Positions 38,076-47,244 of a DNA stretch of 48,582 nt are shown piece after piece (within the stretch, counting starts at the first letter, position 1; the number at the start of each line of letters is the position of its first letter). The stretch is from sequence record SRR22947725_211, one strand, 5' to 3'. Both the position numbers and the translations under genes were made by a program. Below the pieces are notes generated by a model, which had not been told where the DNA came from, did no database searches, and saw nothing but the letters and a program-made list of their open reading frames with translations.

Positions 38076-41036
38076 TTACTCAGCAATGTAGAACTCAGCA
38101 GCTTTGGTAGGCTCAACAGAGTAAGGAGATGATGCACCACCAACGGCATTGAAAGGTCCTGTGACACTTTCAGAACTCTTCAGAGTTCCGCTGTATTCGA
38201 TGACAACATTACCTTCGCTCAAGCCAACAGAAGCAATTGAACCGCCAGTGCTTGGAAGCGCAACATCTGTTGGGGTTCCTGAGCGTGAACGGAATGCTTT
38301 CAGTGCGTTGCTGTCGGAATCATTGATCAACCAACGGCTTGCTCCATCAGTAGTAGACCACTCGAGGTTAGCGCCACCGCCACCTTCGTACCAGATGGCA
38401 CGAATTGGGTAGACACCCGCTTCGATGACTGCGAATCCGAATCGTGAATCAGAAGCACCACGACCACCGTTGAAGATACCAAGCTCCATACCGGCTGCGT
38501 CGCCAGCACCATGAGTTTCGGTGACACGGAAACCATCATCTGAGTTGAAGATCATCTGGTAGTAACCAGCTGATGGGAACTCGATGTAGGCCAAGATTTC
38601 AGCAGACATGGCGTCTGTGCTGTCAGTCAATCCAGGAATACCTGGAATTGGATCGTCGACACGGTCTGTGGATGATCCGTCACCGCTGTCGCGGAACACA
38701 CCTTGAGGATTTCCGTCTTGATCCATGTTGATAATGTCAACATTGAAGAGGATACCAGGACCGTCAGAGGTTTCGCTTCCAGCAGGGTCAGCAACGTTTT
38801 CTTCACCATCTGCCCATGTTCCAGCTAGTTGAGCTTCTGCATCAGCAGTGTTGTTACCACGGCTCGTAGCTGTCTGGAAGATACGGAATTCAAATCCGGA
38901 ATCGCTACCAGATCCAACATCGGTTCTGCCTTTGCTGAGCGTAGGATAATCTTGAGCAGTGAATGTCCATTCAACAGTGCGCTCATTACCACCAGCGGTG
39001 TAGCTCAAACTAGCAGTGACTTCCTGTGCAGGACTCCAGAGAGCGCCTCCACGATCAACAGTCACGGTGGTTACACCACCCGATTTGCTTGCAGCGCCAG
39101 TTTCACCGGAGCTGAGTGACAAACTGACTGATCCTGCGTCCACTTTGGATGCAGCGTCTTCGATGGTCACAACAACATTGCTGTTAGGAGTGACGCCAGC
39201 TGCTCCGTTACCGGGAGTAGCAGAAGTGACACGTGCTGGGACGTTAGGCAAGGTAGCATAAGTTTGGATACCACCATTGGCAGTGTCGTTCAACAAAGCC
39301 TTGTTAGGGGTAATGGTGAACCATTCGAAGTTAGCACCACCGCCACCTTCATACCACAAGCTTTGCATGGCGTAATCACCAGCTGCTTCGAAGTAAACAG
39401 TGTATTCGGTAGTACTGGCACCACGACCACCGCTGAATTCGCCAACGCGAATCTGGGAAGCAGAGTCATTACCGACGGTGGTCAAGAAACCATCATCAGA
39501 GTTGAATCCGAATGTGTAGAAACCGGCTTCAGGGATACGAGCAACGGTCTGTATGAAACCAGTGATGTTGTCCGTACTGTCAGTGAATCCAGGAATACCA
39601 GGAATGTAATCATCAGGAACGTCCATTGAGTCTCCGTTGCCGGAATCGCGGAATTCACCTTGTGGGTTTCCGTCTTGATCGAAGTTGATCAAGTCAACGG
39701 TCCAAGTGTAATCGTCGGACTGGAAGTCATCAGCAACGTTCTCGCTGTCGTCGGCCAAGTGGTCAAGGCGAGTTTGAGTATTGTTACCAAGGCCACCGTC
39801 TTTTTGTTTGATGTATAGGAGGAATCCTTTGGTTCCAGTGTCTACGCCCTCGAGAGCAAGATCAGCAGGAATCATGGAGTATGACTGAGCTGTGAACGAG
39901 GCTGTCACATTTGCACTACGGCCGTCGTTGCCAGAGGCAGTCACGTCAACGGTGTGCTCTGATCCAGATGCGAACATTGTTTCACCAACGTATGTTGCGT
40001 GTGTGAATTCGCCATCCTTGGATTTTGTGAGATCAGCGGAAACATCGACACCATCAAGAAGAATCACGATGGAGTCAGGATCGACCTGACTGTTTCCGAC
40101 GTCGCGGAAAGAGAAGGTGAAACCGTTCGCAGTTCCGTCCAACCCGGCAACCAACCAGCTCTCAGCCAATTCAGTTTTCAGGGTCAGGTTGTCAACATGA
40201 TGAGACTCGTTAGCACCACCGGTGCGGCCCATCAAGATGATTTGACCGGGACTTGGGAAGAAACCTGAAGAGAAGTTGTCAACAAGTTTGTTACCCTTGT
40301 AGGTCACGTTCAGGTTACCCAATTCGTCCACATCGACTTCCAATGCCACCCATTCAAGGATGGTTGGGTCACCACGCTCAGCGTCAGGAGCTGCATCACT
40401 ACCACCGATAGGGCCAGTCTGGAGACTGGTGATATCATCGGCTGCACCGTGACGAGTGGGCATTGCGAAACGTCCTACAGTTTTGTTATCAACGCGAACG
40501 ATGATACCTTCAATGTCGGGTCCATCAGGCAATGAGTTACCTGCCCAGGTGTCAAAAGAAACTGCAACACCTGTTTGTGTTCCAGTTTCAGCAGCACCGC
40601 CAGTGGCAGCGTTGCCCGGGACAGCACTTCCACCCTGCACATCAGCAAGCATTGGATCGCTTGAACGTGCAAAGTTGATACTGATACCATCCGCAGGACG
40701 GTCCGTTGTGCCGTTACCCATGCGGAGATCCATCTTCATGTTAAAAGATTTGACGAAGTCTCCGTTGTCAATATCAGGAAGAACAGCAATGGTACTTGTA
40801 CCACCGGTTGCTTCTGTGATTGAGAAGAATCCAGCTGGGTTACCTTCGGCACCCCAGTCATCGAATCCCTGTCCACCCCAGATGTAGTCCAACTGAGTTG
40901 ATTCAATATATTCGAAATCGTCGAATGGATCGGTTTCGAAATCCCATGTTTTCTCTCCAGCTTGCGCAGAGAGTGCGAATACAGCGCCGACAGCCAGGGC
41001 CGACCACTTCATTTTACGTCTATTAATATTTTCCAT
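38076..41036 (-). CDS. Large acidic secreted/surface protein: lectin-like N-terminal domain, two Ig-like + PA14-like modules, short C-terminal domain
   Basis: Signal peptide (AQA|G); ADGISINF...VSFDTW...GRTGGANE (L-lectin-like); duplicated NSDDGF and WYEGGGGAN.EW; strong preference for GGT/GCT/AAC/TTC codons. Confidence 0.85.
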   Translation of the reverse strand: MENINRRKMKWSALAVGAVFALSAQAGEKTWDFETDPFDDFEYIESTQLDYIWGGQGFDDWGAEGNPAGFFSITEATGGTSTIAVLPDIDNGDFVKSFNMKMDLRMGNGTTDRPADGISINFARSSDPMLADVQGGSAVPGNAATGGAAETGTQTGVAVSFDTWAGNSLPDGPDIEGIIVRVDNKTVGRFAMPTRHGAADDITSLQTGPIGGSDAAPDAERGDPTILEWVALEVDVDELGNLNVTYKGNKLVDNFSSGFFPSPGQIILMGRTGGANESHHVDNLTLKTELAESWLVAGLDGTANGFTFSFRDVGNSQVDPDSIVILLDGVDVSADLTKSKDGEFTHATYVGETMFASGSEHTVDVTASGNDGRSANVTASFTAQSYSMIPADLALEGVDTGTKGFLLYIKQKDGGLGNNTQTRLDHLADDSENVADDFQSDDYTWTVDLINFDQDGNPQGEFRDSGNGDSMDVPDDYIPGIPGFTDSTDNITGFIQTVARIPEAGFYTFGFNSDDGFLTTVGNDSASQIRVGEFSGGRGASTTEYTVYFEAAGDYAMQSLWYEGGGGANFEWFTITPNKALLNDTANGGIQTYATLPNVPARVTSATPGNGAAGVTPNSNVVVTIEDAASKVDAGSVSLSLSSGETGAASKSGGVTTVTVDRGGALWSPAQEVTASLSYTAGGNERTVEWTFTAQDYPTLSKGRTDVGSGSDSGFEFRIFQTATSRGNNTADAEAQLAGTWADGEENVADPAGSETSDGPGILFNVDIINMDQDGNPQGVFRDSGDGSSTDRVDDPIPGIPGLTDSTDAMSAEILAYIEFPSAGYYQMIFNSDDGFRVTETHGAGDAAGMELGIFNGGRGASDSRFGFAVIEAGVYPIRAIWYEGGGGANLEWSTTDGASRWLINDSDSNALKAFRSRSGTPTDVALPSTGGSIASVGLSEGNVVIEYSGTLKSSESVTGPFNAVGGASSPYSVEPTKAAEFYIAE
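38290..39830 (-). repeat. Intragenic duplication of an about 190-aa PA14-like module (about 39260-39830 and 38290-38900)
   Basis: INFDQDGNPQGEFRDSG..IPGIPGFTDSTD..NSDDGF..GGRGAS..WYEGGGGANFEW versus INMDQDGNPQGVFRDSG..IPGIPGLTDSTD..NSDDGF..GGRGAS..WYEGGGGANLEW. Confidence 0.9.
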
Positions 41037-41253
41037 AGGTAATGCTACGGTTTTGTTAGTTGCAGTTTAAGAGTAACGGAATCACGTAAACAATTTATCC
41101 TTTGAAGTTCAAGCAAAAAACAAAGTTCAAGGCCTCTCCTCAGGCAGGCTCTCAACTCAAACGCTGTTAATTATTATTGGTGTGGGGCTTAAAATGATGA
41201 AAAAGGACGTTTCACCATCAAGAAAAGTCAAATCCTTCACCAGCAACCATCAC

Positions 41254-42126
41254 TCAAAGCCCAAACACACTTTCGTTCTTCAAGGATATTTTCTGGGGCG
41301 CGCTGATCGATACGATTTCTCCAGCTCGGTTCACAGTAATCACCAGCTTGTTTCTGTTACCTTGACCTGATTCGAGACGGTAAATGCGCATGCGAGCATG
41401 GGCAACAGTCGTCCAATCTGAAAAAGCCACCCAGTTTTTGGCCCAATCACTTGCCTGCAAACTACTAGCAGAACCCGGTTGGTACATGGAATCCAATAAT
41501 CCCATCAATGGAGTCAAAGTGATCGCAATAATTGGATTTTCTTTTAGTAATTGTCCCACAAGAGTTTGAGGCTCCTGAAACTGGTCAAAAGTTATTTGCG
41601 TTTCCCATTGAGTCTCTTCCTGCTCAATTTTCAGAACAAATACCTCCTTTTTTCTGTCCGAATGAAGGTGCAACCACTGGTTTTTTATTCCTATTTTCCC
41701 ATCAAACCTGATCCATTCCCATTGTCGATTCAATCGGATATTCATCATGAAACGCACACGGCGCGGATCACCTTCCGCCTGGATATAACCGTCTACGTTA
41801 ACGTTATAGAATTGAATATCTTGTATCAATCCAGACATTTCGGCAGCTTCGAGATCTACTTCCCTCCCCTTTTCAGAAGCATCCAAGGCGTTTACCTCAG
41901 GATCATCTCGCCCTAATTGAGTCACTACCCAACGGCAATGCCCAACTGGTTTTCCCTGATAAAAGATATCGAGCTCAGAGGGGTCCGGGGTATCGAGTAT
42001 TTTGGCAACTACTTTGTTGACAGGTAAGGGATTGCCTTTTGAGCCTCCGCCATATTCAGAACGCCATAGCAAGACGTTCATGCATAAACAGAAAAGCCCA
42101 GTCAAAATGAGCCAGAGAAACTTCAT
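41254..42126 (-). CDS. Hypothetical N-terminally membrane-anchored protein
   Basis: 290-aa ORF with a hydrophobic N-terminus; 4-bp overlap with the upstream LysM gene. Confidence 0.7.
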   Translation of the reverse strand: MKFLWLILTGLFCLCMNVLLWRSEYGGGSKGNPLPVNKVVAKILDTPDPSELDIFYQGKPVGHCRWVVTQLGRDDPEVNALDASEKGREVDLEAAEMSGLIQDIQFYNVNVDGYIQAEGDPRRVRFMMNIRLNRQWEWIRFDGKIGIKNQWLHLHSDRKKEVFVLKIEQEETQWETQITFDQFQEPQTLVGQLLKENPIIAITLTPLMGLLDSMYQPGSASSLQASDWAKNWVAFSDWTTVAHARMRIYRLESGQGNRNKLVITVNRAGEIVSISAPQKISLKNESVFGL

Positions 42127-42953
42127 CTAGAAGCTGTTTTGGTCGAATAGGGCACATTGACAACTTGCCCTATTTGAAGCTTGGTAGAGTTCACGCCAGG
42201 GTTTGCTGATTGTATGGATTTGAAATCAACGCGATAGTGACTGGCAAGTTTGTAAAAAGTATCATTGGACCGAATCACGTGCTTACGAAATTTAGGCGTG
42301 GACACACTTGCATTCTGCATGGCGGTCGGATTCGTTTTGCCTTTGCCTACCTGATTGCTTGTTTGAGTTGGCGCATTGGATTTGAGATTCTTGCTGCCGC
42401 TCGCCAATGCGTCGGGCCGCGCATTCTGACGGTTTCGATTGAGTGCTTCCGATTGAGCTGAGAGCACCTGTCTCATTTGAGCCAGCTGGCCCTCAAGATT
42501 TTTTATTTGGGTCTCCAGCTCTTCTTTGGTTTCGACAAGGTTTTTAAGTCTCGTTTCCGTATTCTGATTCAATGGTCCAAGAGTAACCGTGGAGGCAAAA
42601 TCCATCTTGCAGCGTTCGAGATGGTCCTTGATCTGGACAGCCATCATGTGATTGGGCCTCATTTCCAGCAGCTTTTGAAAATGATAGATGGCCGGCACAT
42701 AGTCCTTGAGGTGCAAATAGTTGATCAAGCCCAACTCAAAATGCGCAGAGGCATTATTCGGATTCACTTCCAGGGCCTTTTCAAAACCCACAACAGCCGC
42801 TTCAAATTCCTCTGCAAAGAGCTTGCTCTTGGCGTCCATGTGATAGGCCTCGCGTTCTTCGTCGATGCTGACCGCTGTATCAGGCTTACACCCGGTAATT
42901 ACCATGGAAATCACCAAGAGAAAAACAGAGAGACCGGACCAGAGAAAATTCAT
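42123..42953 (-). CDS. TPR + coiled-coil + LysM lipoprotein
   Basis: ITG|C lipobox; FEKALEVNPNNASAHFELG (TPR); C-terminal HVIRSNDTFYKLA...NPGVNSTKLQIGQVVNVP (LysM). Confidence 0.88.
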   Translation of the reverse strand: MNFLWSGLSVFLLVISMVITGCKPDTAVSIDEEREAYHMDAKSKLFAEEFEAAVVGFEKALEVNPNNASAHFELGLINYLHLKDYVPAIYHFQKLLEMRPNHMMAVQIKDHLERCKMDFASTVTLGPLNQNTETRLKNLVETKEELETQIKNLEGQLAQMRQVLSAQSEALNRNRQNARPDALASGSKNLKSNAPTQTSNQVGKGKTNPTAMQNASVSTPKFRKHVIRSNDTFYKLASHYRVDFKSIQSANPGVNSTKLQIGQVVNVPYSTKTASR

Positions 42954-43057
42954 GAGATCAGTTTACTCACAAATGAAAAGAACGCAATGCATCGATTGCT
43001 TTGAATCTTGTCGACGTGAGCTCAAGCTCTCATGCAGGAAAAGCGCAGTCTCCTCAC

Positions 43058-44545
43058 TTATTTTGCATTTCGGCGAATGAACCGGACCACTCGATCAGGT
43101 TCCGGATGGGTGAAATGATGACCATGAGACACTGGGGTACCTTTTTTCACACGTATCAATTCCATGGAATGTCCCCTATTGAACAGATAAGTCTTCAATT
43201 TGAGGGTATTTTCCTCGGGAGGAACAATCCTGTCGTTTTCGGAAATGACATGCATGATGGGGATTTGATAACGAACAAGCAGACCGTAATTTTTGAATAT
43301 GGGAGCCCTGTATGCATGCGAAGTCTCTGGCGTAAGCCCATTGACCTTCATGAAACGAACCCAGTCTCGCACTGACCCCATTCCTTTCCCCTGTCCTCCT
43401 GGCCAGCTTCTTGGATCACAAACCGGTGTGTCGCAATAGATAGCACTCACCCACTCCGGGTGACGCATTGCCCAGTGATAAACAAACAAACCACCCCGAC
43501 TCACACCCTCCAAAACAGGCTGACGAGACAGCTGATATCGCTGAGTCACGTAATGAAAAAACGCATCGCCTGTTTTCATCGCATCCGATGCACCAAAAAA
43601 CCCAGCTACATCAACATATCCAACATGAAAACCGTGTCCGACAAGTTGTTGATCCATTTCAGCATGGAAACCGGGAAAACGAGCCCTCCAAATCCAGGGG
43701 CGCCCCTCAGCGGCTTTCAGAGGAACAACGACCCAGGCGGATCTACCCTGAATCTTGAAATGCTGGCGCTCAAACCCTTGCCAGTGATCTTTTTTGAATT
43801 CCCTGTTTTTTCCATGCTTTGACTCGAATGAGCGTGCGACGCTCAGAGCTAATTCCTTGTAGCCATATATATTGGGATGTACGCCGTCACTTTGAGTCAT
43901 TAAATCTGGGCGCCCCTCAAAAACCGAAGCAAGATCCTGAAAATACAATCGATCGTTTGCCATTACTTCGACCAGGTTGTTGAGGATGCCGCGGAGCTGT
44001 TGAAGTCTGGGTCTTCGCTCCCGTAGATTGGCTCGACGTTGTTCGCTTAATCCGGGAGTCTCAAGCACCATGGAAGTCGGGCCCGCCAGACAGATCGTCG
44101 GGTGTGATGGCAGTCCGAGCAACTCATCAAGCAAGTCCTTGCAATCGGGCTCAAATCGGTCGATACGCGACCAATTCCGTCGATGCCCCTCAACAGTGTC
44201 GTTTGTACCCAGAGCTATGATAATATGGTGTGGCTCAAATGCCTTGATCGCCTCTAGCTTAGACCAGGCCGTCGGTTTTCCACTGCGTAGCATCGTGGCA
44301 CCCCCGACACCAAAATTACGAATTTCATAAGGGTCACCAAGGATCTCAGCAAGTCGAACCGGGTAAGATTGTGTGTCTGCATCAACCCGTGCCCCTTGCG
44401 TGATACTATCCCCGACACAAGCCACGCGGAATACTTCATCCTTTGCGGCAATGGACAAGACAATGGAAAATATTCCGATGTAACAAAGCCAGAATGATGA
44501 AGGGCCAGGACGATGGATCATGTTTTTTAATTTCTGAGATGGCAT
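43058..44545 (-). CDS. SGNH/GDSL hydrolase fused to an alpha/beta-hydrolase domain
   Basis: GDSIT, NFGVGG, LGTND and DGVHP (SGNH); then PWIWRARF, GVSRGG nucleophile elbow, D.IVPP.EN and GHH. Confidence 0.88.
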   Translation of the reverse strand: MPSQKLKNMIHRPGPSSFWLCYIGIFSIVLSIAAKDEVFRVACVGDSITQGARVDADTQSYPVRLAEILGDPYEIRNFGVGGATMLRSGKPTAWSKLEAIKAFEPHHIIIALGTNDTVEGHRRNWSRIDRFEPDCKDLLDELLGLPSHPTICLAGPTSMVLETPGLSEQRRANLRERRPRLQQLRGILNNLVEVMANDRLYFQDLASVFEGRPDLMTQSDGVHPNIYGYKELALSVARSFESKHGKNREFKKDHWQGFERQHFKIQGRSAWVVVPLKAAEGRPWIWRARFPGFHAEMDQQLVGHGFHVGYVDVAGFFGASDAMKTGDAFFHYVTQRYQLSRQPVLEGVSRGGLFVYHWAMRHPEWVSAIYCDTPVCDPRSWPGGQGKGMGSVRDWVRFMKVNGLTPETSHAYRAPIFKNYGLLVRYQIPIMHVISENDRIVPPEENTLKLKTYLFNRGHSMELIRVKKGTPVSHGHHFTHPEPDRVVRFIRRNAK

Positions 44546-44589
44546 GACAATTGCGAAATTTTCTGAAAATAATGAGGAAGATGTTGATT

Positions 44590-46137
44590 ATGAAAAAAAG
44601 TAACCCATTGTCGAGAAATCTTGCAACTGTCCTGCTGATCGGCTCGTTAGGTATGACAGCATCGGCTCAGAAGGCTCCAACAGATTCTCCCATCGTCAAT
44701 CAGATATCGCCTGAGAAGAAATCTGAAGAACACCAGAAAAACCATAATTCGCCCACAGTATCCATCGATGAAAAAGGCAAGCAAAGCAGGCCCAATCCTG
44801 TCGTGATGCAACCACGAAAGGAAACTGGCGGTGACGAACACCTGTTGACCGTCGTGCAGGTTGAAACTTCGGACAGGGAAGTTTTCGAAACATCCAAAGA
44901 TGACAAAGCGGACAGAGGTTCCTTCCTCATTACACGCGATGGAGATCTCTCACACCCTCTAGAGGTCTATTATCACTTGAGCGGGTCAGCGGTGAATGGG
45001 AAAGATTACGTTCGGCTGAATGGAACAGCCACCATTGCTCAAGGTCAGGAAAGTGTGAAAGTAACGGTCCAGGCTTTGGAAGATGAGGAAGTAGAAGGAG
45101 TCGAAGAGGTGATATTGACATTGGAAGATATTGTATGCATAGCCATCTTCCCACCGCCACCCTCCTGTTATCAGGTGGGAAAAAAGAACACCTCAAAACT
45201 CAAGGTGTTTGAAAACGACCACAGCATTAATTTATTGCCAAAATCAGGCATCATTACACCTGGCAAAAATAAAAAATTCCAAGCACCGTCCACCCTTTCA
45301 ATCACAGGTGAAGCAACCGACAAGGACGGATGGATCAGCAGCTTCCAGTTTCTGGTAAATGAGGAGGTAGTGCATGAAGGAACCATGAATTTCATCATCG
45401 CTCCAGAGTCAGGCCAGCGTCAGCATTTCAATTACCAATGGAAAGAGGCAACCCCGGGAACCCATGAGATCACACTGGCGGTCACAGACAATGAAGGGGC
45501 GTCGGTCTTTTCCCGCCCAGTCAAGGTAATCGTTATCAGCGATGAAGACCTCCCTGAACTCACCCTCTTTACCAAAGATGCGCTTGCCACAGAAACAACT
45601 GACATTGCAAGCGCACAATCTGATACGGCAACCTTTAGCATTCGTCGCACCGGCAGAACGGATACGGCATTAGAAGTCAGCTACCAGACATCAGGAAGTG
45701 CGGCAAACGGCATTGATTACGAAGAACTGGGAGGCTCAATGGTGATCGAGTCTGGTCAGCGATGGGGTAAGGTAGTTCTGAATCCCATCGCTGATGATAT
45801 GGGGGAAGGAAGAGAAACCATCGTTTTATCACTGGTTCCATCAATCCTGACCTATGCCATCGGTCACGCAAACACCGCCAAAGCCGTGATCATGGATACC
45901 CCCCCTGAGCGTAAGGATAGAAAAATCATGAAAGATGGAAGTATTCATCTGCGATTACCATGCGTTCCTGGAGAAAATTTTTTGCTGGAAATTTCCGAAG
46001 ACCTCAAAGATTGGGAGGTCGTTGACCATGGGGTTACGCAGGAAAACGCATTCGATATCATCGAAAGCCGTCCAGAACAGCAGAAGAGAAAGTATTTCAG
46101 AATACGCAAAGCTCTGAAAGCAATCACAGAGTATTAA
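44590..46137 (+). CDS. Secreted Calx-beta / Ig-like / Calx-beta protein with Verrucomicrobia-type C-terminal domain
   Basis: Signal peptide; two F.I.R.G...L.V.Y..SGSA.NG.DY...D...EG.E...L.L repeats; central Ig-like (D.DG.I...AVTDNEGA); tail GENFLLEISEDLKDW...KYFRI. Confidence 0.85.
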   Translation: MKKSNPLSRNLATVLLIGSLGMTASAQKAPTDSPIVNQISPEKKSEEHQKNHNSPTVSIDEKGKQSRPNPVVMQPRKETGGDEHLLTVVQVETSDREVFETSKDDKADRGSFLITRDGDLSHPLEVYYHLSGSAVNGKDYVRLNGTATIAQGQESVKVTVQALEDEEVEGVEEVILTLEDIVCIAIFPPPPSCYQVGKKNTSKLKVFENDHSINLLPKSGIITPGKNKKFQAPSTLSITGEATDKDGWISSFQFLVNEEVVHEGTMNFIIAPESGQRQHFNYQWKEATPGTHEITLAVTDNEGASVFSRPVKVIVISDEDLPELTLFTKDALATETTDIASAQSDTATFSIRRTGRTDTALEVSYQTSGSAANGIDYEELGGSMVIESGQRWGKVVLNPIADDMGEGRETIVLSLVPSILTYAIGHANTAKAVIMDTPPERKDRKIMKDGSIHLRLPCVPGENFLLEISEDLKDWEVVDHGVTQENAFDIIESRPEQQKRKYFRIRKALKAITEY

Positions 46138-46459
46138 AACCATGGCTTGTTACCTTCATTCATGAACGAAGCTAAGCTGATGTTCTTGGAATAGATACCC
46201 TTGGCATCTTCATTATCCTTGTTGACTATGACATGATCATTTTGCGGGATTACCATACAAGGTGCCTCCCATATGTCCTCAACGCCTTGCCAGTTTAAAC
46301 TGACATGATGAAATCGAAATTAACAAAAAAGCCAGAATTCGTTCAAACAAAGCTGGACAAATACATCCTTAAAGACAAATAAATACAAATTAACTATCCA
46401 GCAGGCCATAATTTATGATCATGATCCATTCACAAGAGATGATACTGATCGATTGAAGG

Positions 46460-47209
46460 ATGAAGCTAACCGCACATTGGTTTCAAGAGTTAGTGGCATC
46501 CCATTACTGCTGCCGCCTCGCGCAAACTCCGGAGGATATTGAAAAAGCCCAAATGCTCCGGTTTCAGGTATTCAATCTGGAGCTTGAAGAAGGCTTGGAT
46601 GAAGCATTTACCACAGGCAGAGATGAGGATCCCTTTGACACCATCTGCGATCATTTAATCGTTGAGGACAGGGCGAGCGGCCGTATTGTTGGAACTTACC
46701 GGCTTCAGTCAGGCATCAAGGCCAAAAAGGGTCTTGGCTATTACAGCGAGCAGGAATTTGACTTCTCACCTTTCGAACCCATGCGTCATGAGATGTTAGA
46801 ATTAGGTCGGGCCTGTATCCACAAATCTCATCGAAACCTTGCCAGCCTGAGCCTGTTGTGGAAAGGCATTGCTCGCTATGCCAGGAACTATGATCTTCGA
46901 TATTTCATAGGCTGCAGTTCACTCACATCCCAAGATCCAGACGCAGGCCTTGAGGTTTTCCGCATGCTAGAAAAACGATTCCTTACGTTACCACACCTGC
47001 GCACCAAGCCACACCCCAGGTATGCCTGCCCATTCGGGGAACAACCGGAGACGCAACCTGAGATACCCAAATTGCTGCGAGCTTATCTGACCGTTGGCGC
47101 TCAAATTTGTGGACCACCCGCCTTGGACAAGGCGTTTGGCACCATCGATTTCCTGACACTTCTCGATCTCAACAACCTCTCAGCGAGGAACCTCAGACGC
47201 TATTTCTAG
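46460..47209 (+). CDS. GNAT-family N-acyltransferase, ornithine-lipid synthase OlsB-like
   Basis: AQMLRFQVF, DEDPFD.ICDHL, VGTYRL, YSEQEF, ELGRACI, LWKGI, GCSS, PKLLRAYL..GA.ICG.PA.D..F.TIDF. Confidence 0.85.
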   Translation: MKLTAHWFQELVASHYCCRLAQTPEDIEKAQMLRFQVFNLELEEGLDEAFTTGRDEDPFDTICDHLIVEDRASGRIVGTYRLQSGIKAKKGLGYYSEQEFDFSPFEPMRHEMLELGRACIHKSHRNLASLSLLWKGIARYARNYDLRYFIGCSSLTSQDPDAGLEVFRMLEKRFLTLPHLRTKPHPRYACPFGEQPETQPEIPKLLRAYLTVGAQICGPPALDKAFGTIDFLTLLDLNNLSARNLRRYF

Positions 47210-47244
47210 TTGTCACTCGACGATGCGTCCCCCTTACTCTCTGC

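Noticed and set aside
47107-47244. N-terminal extension of the EamA ORF given by the ORF track
   Set aside because: It overlaps the olsB-like gene and is hydrophilic; the GTG at 47245 fits the family start better.
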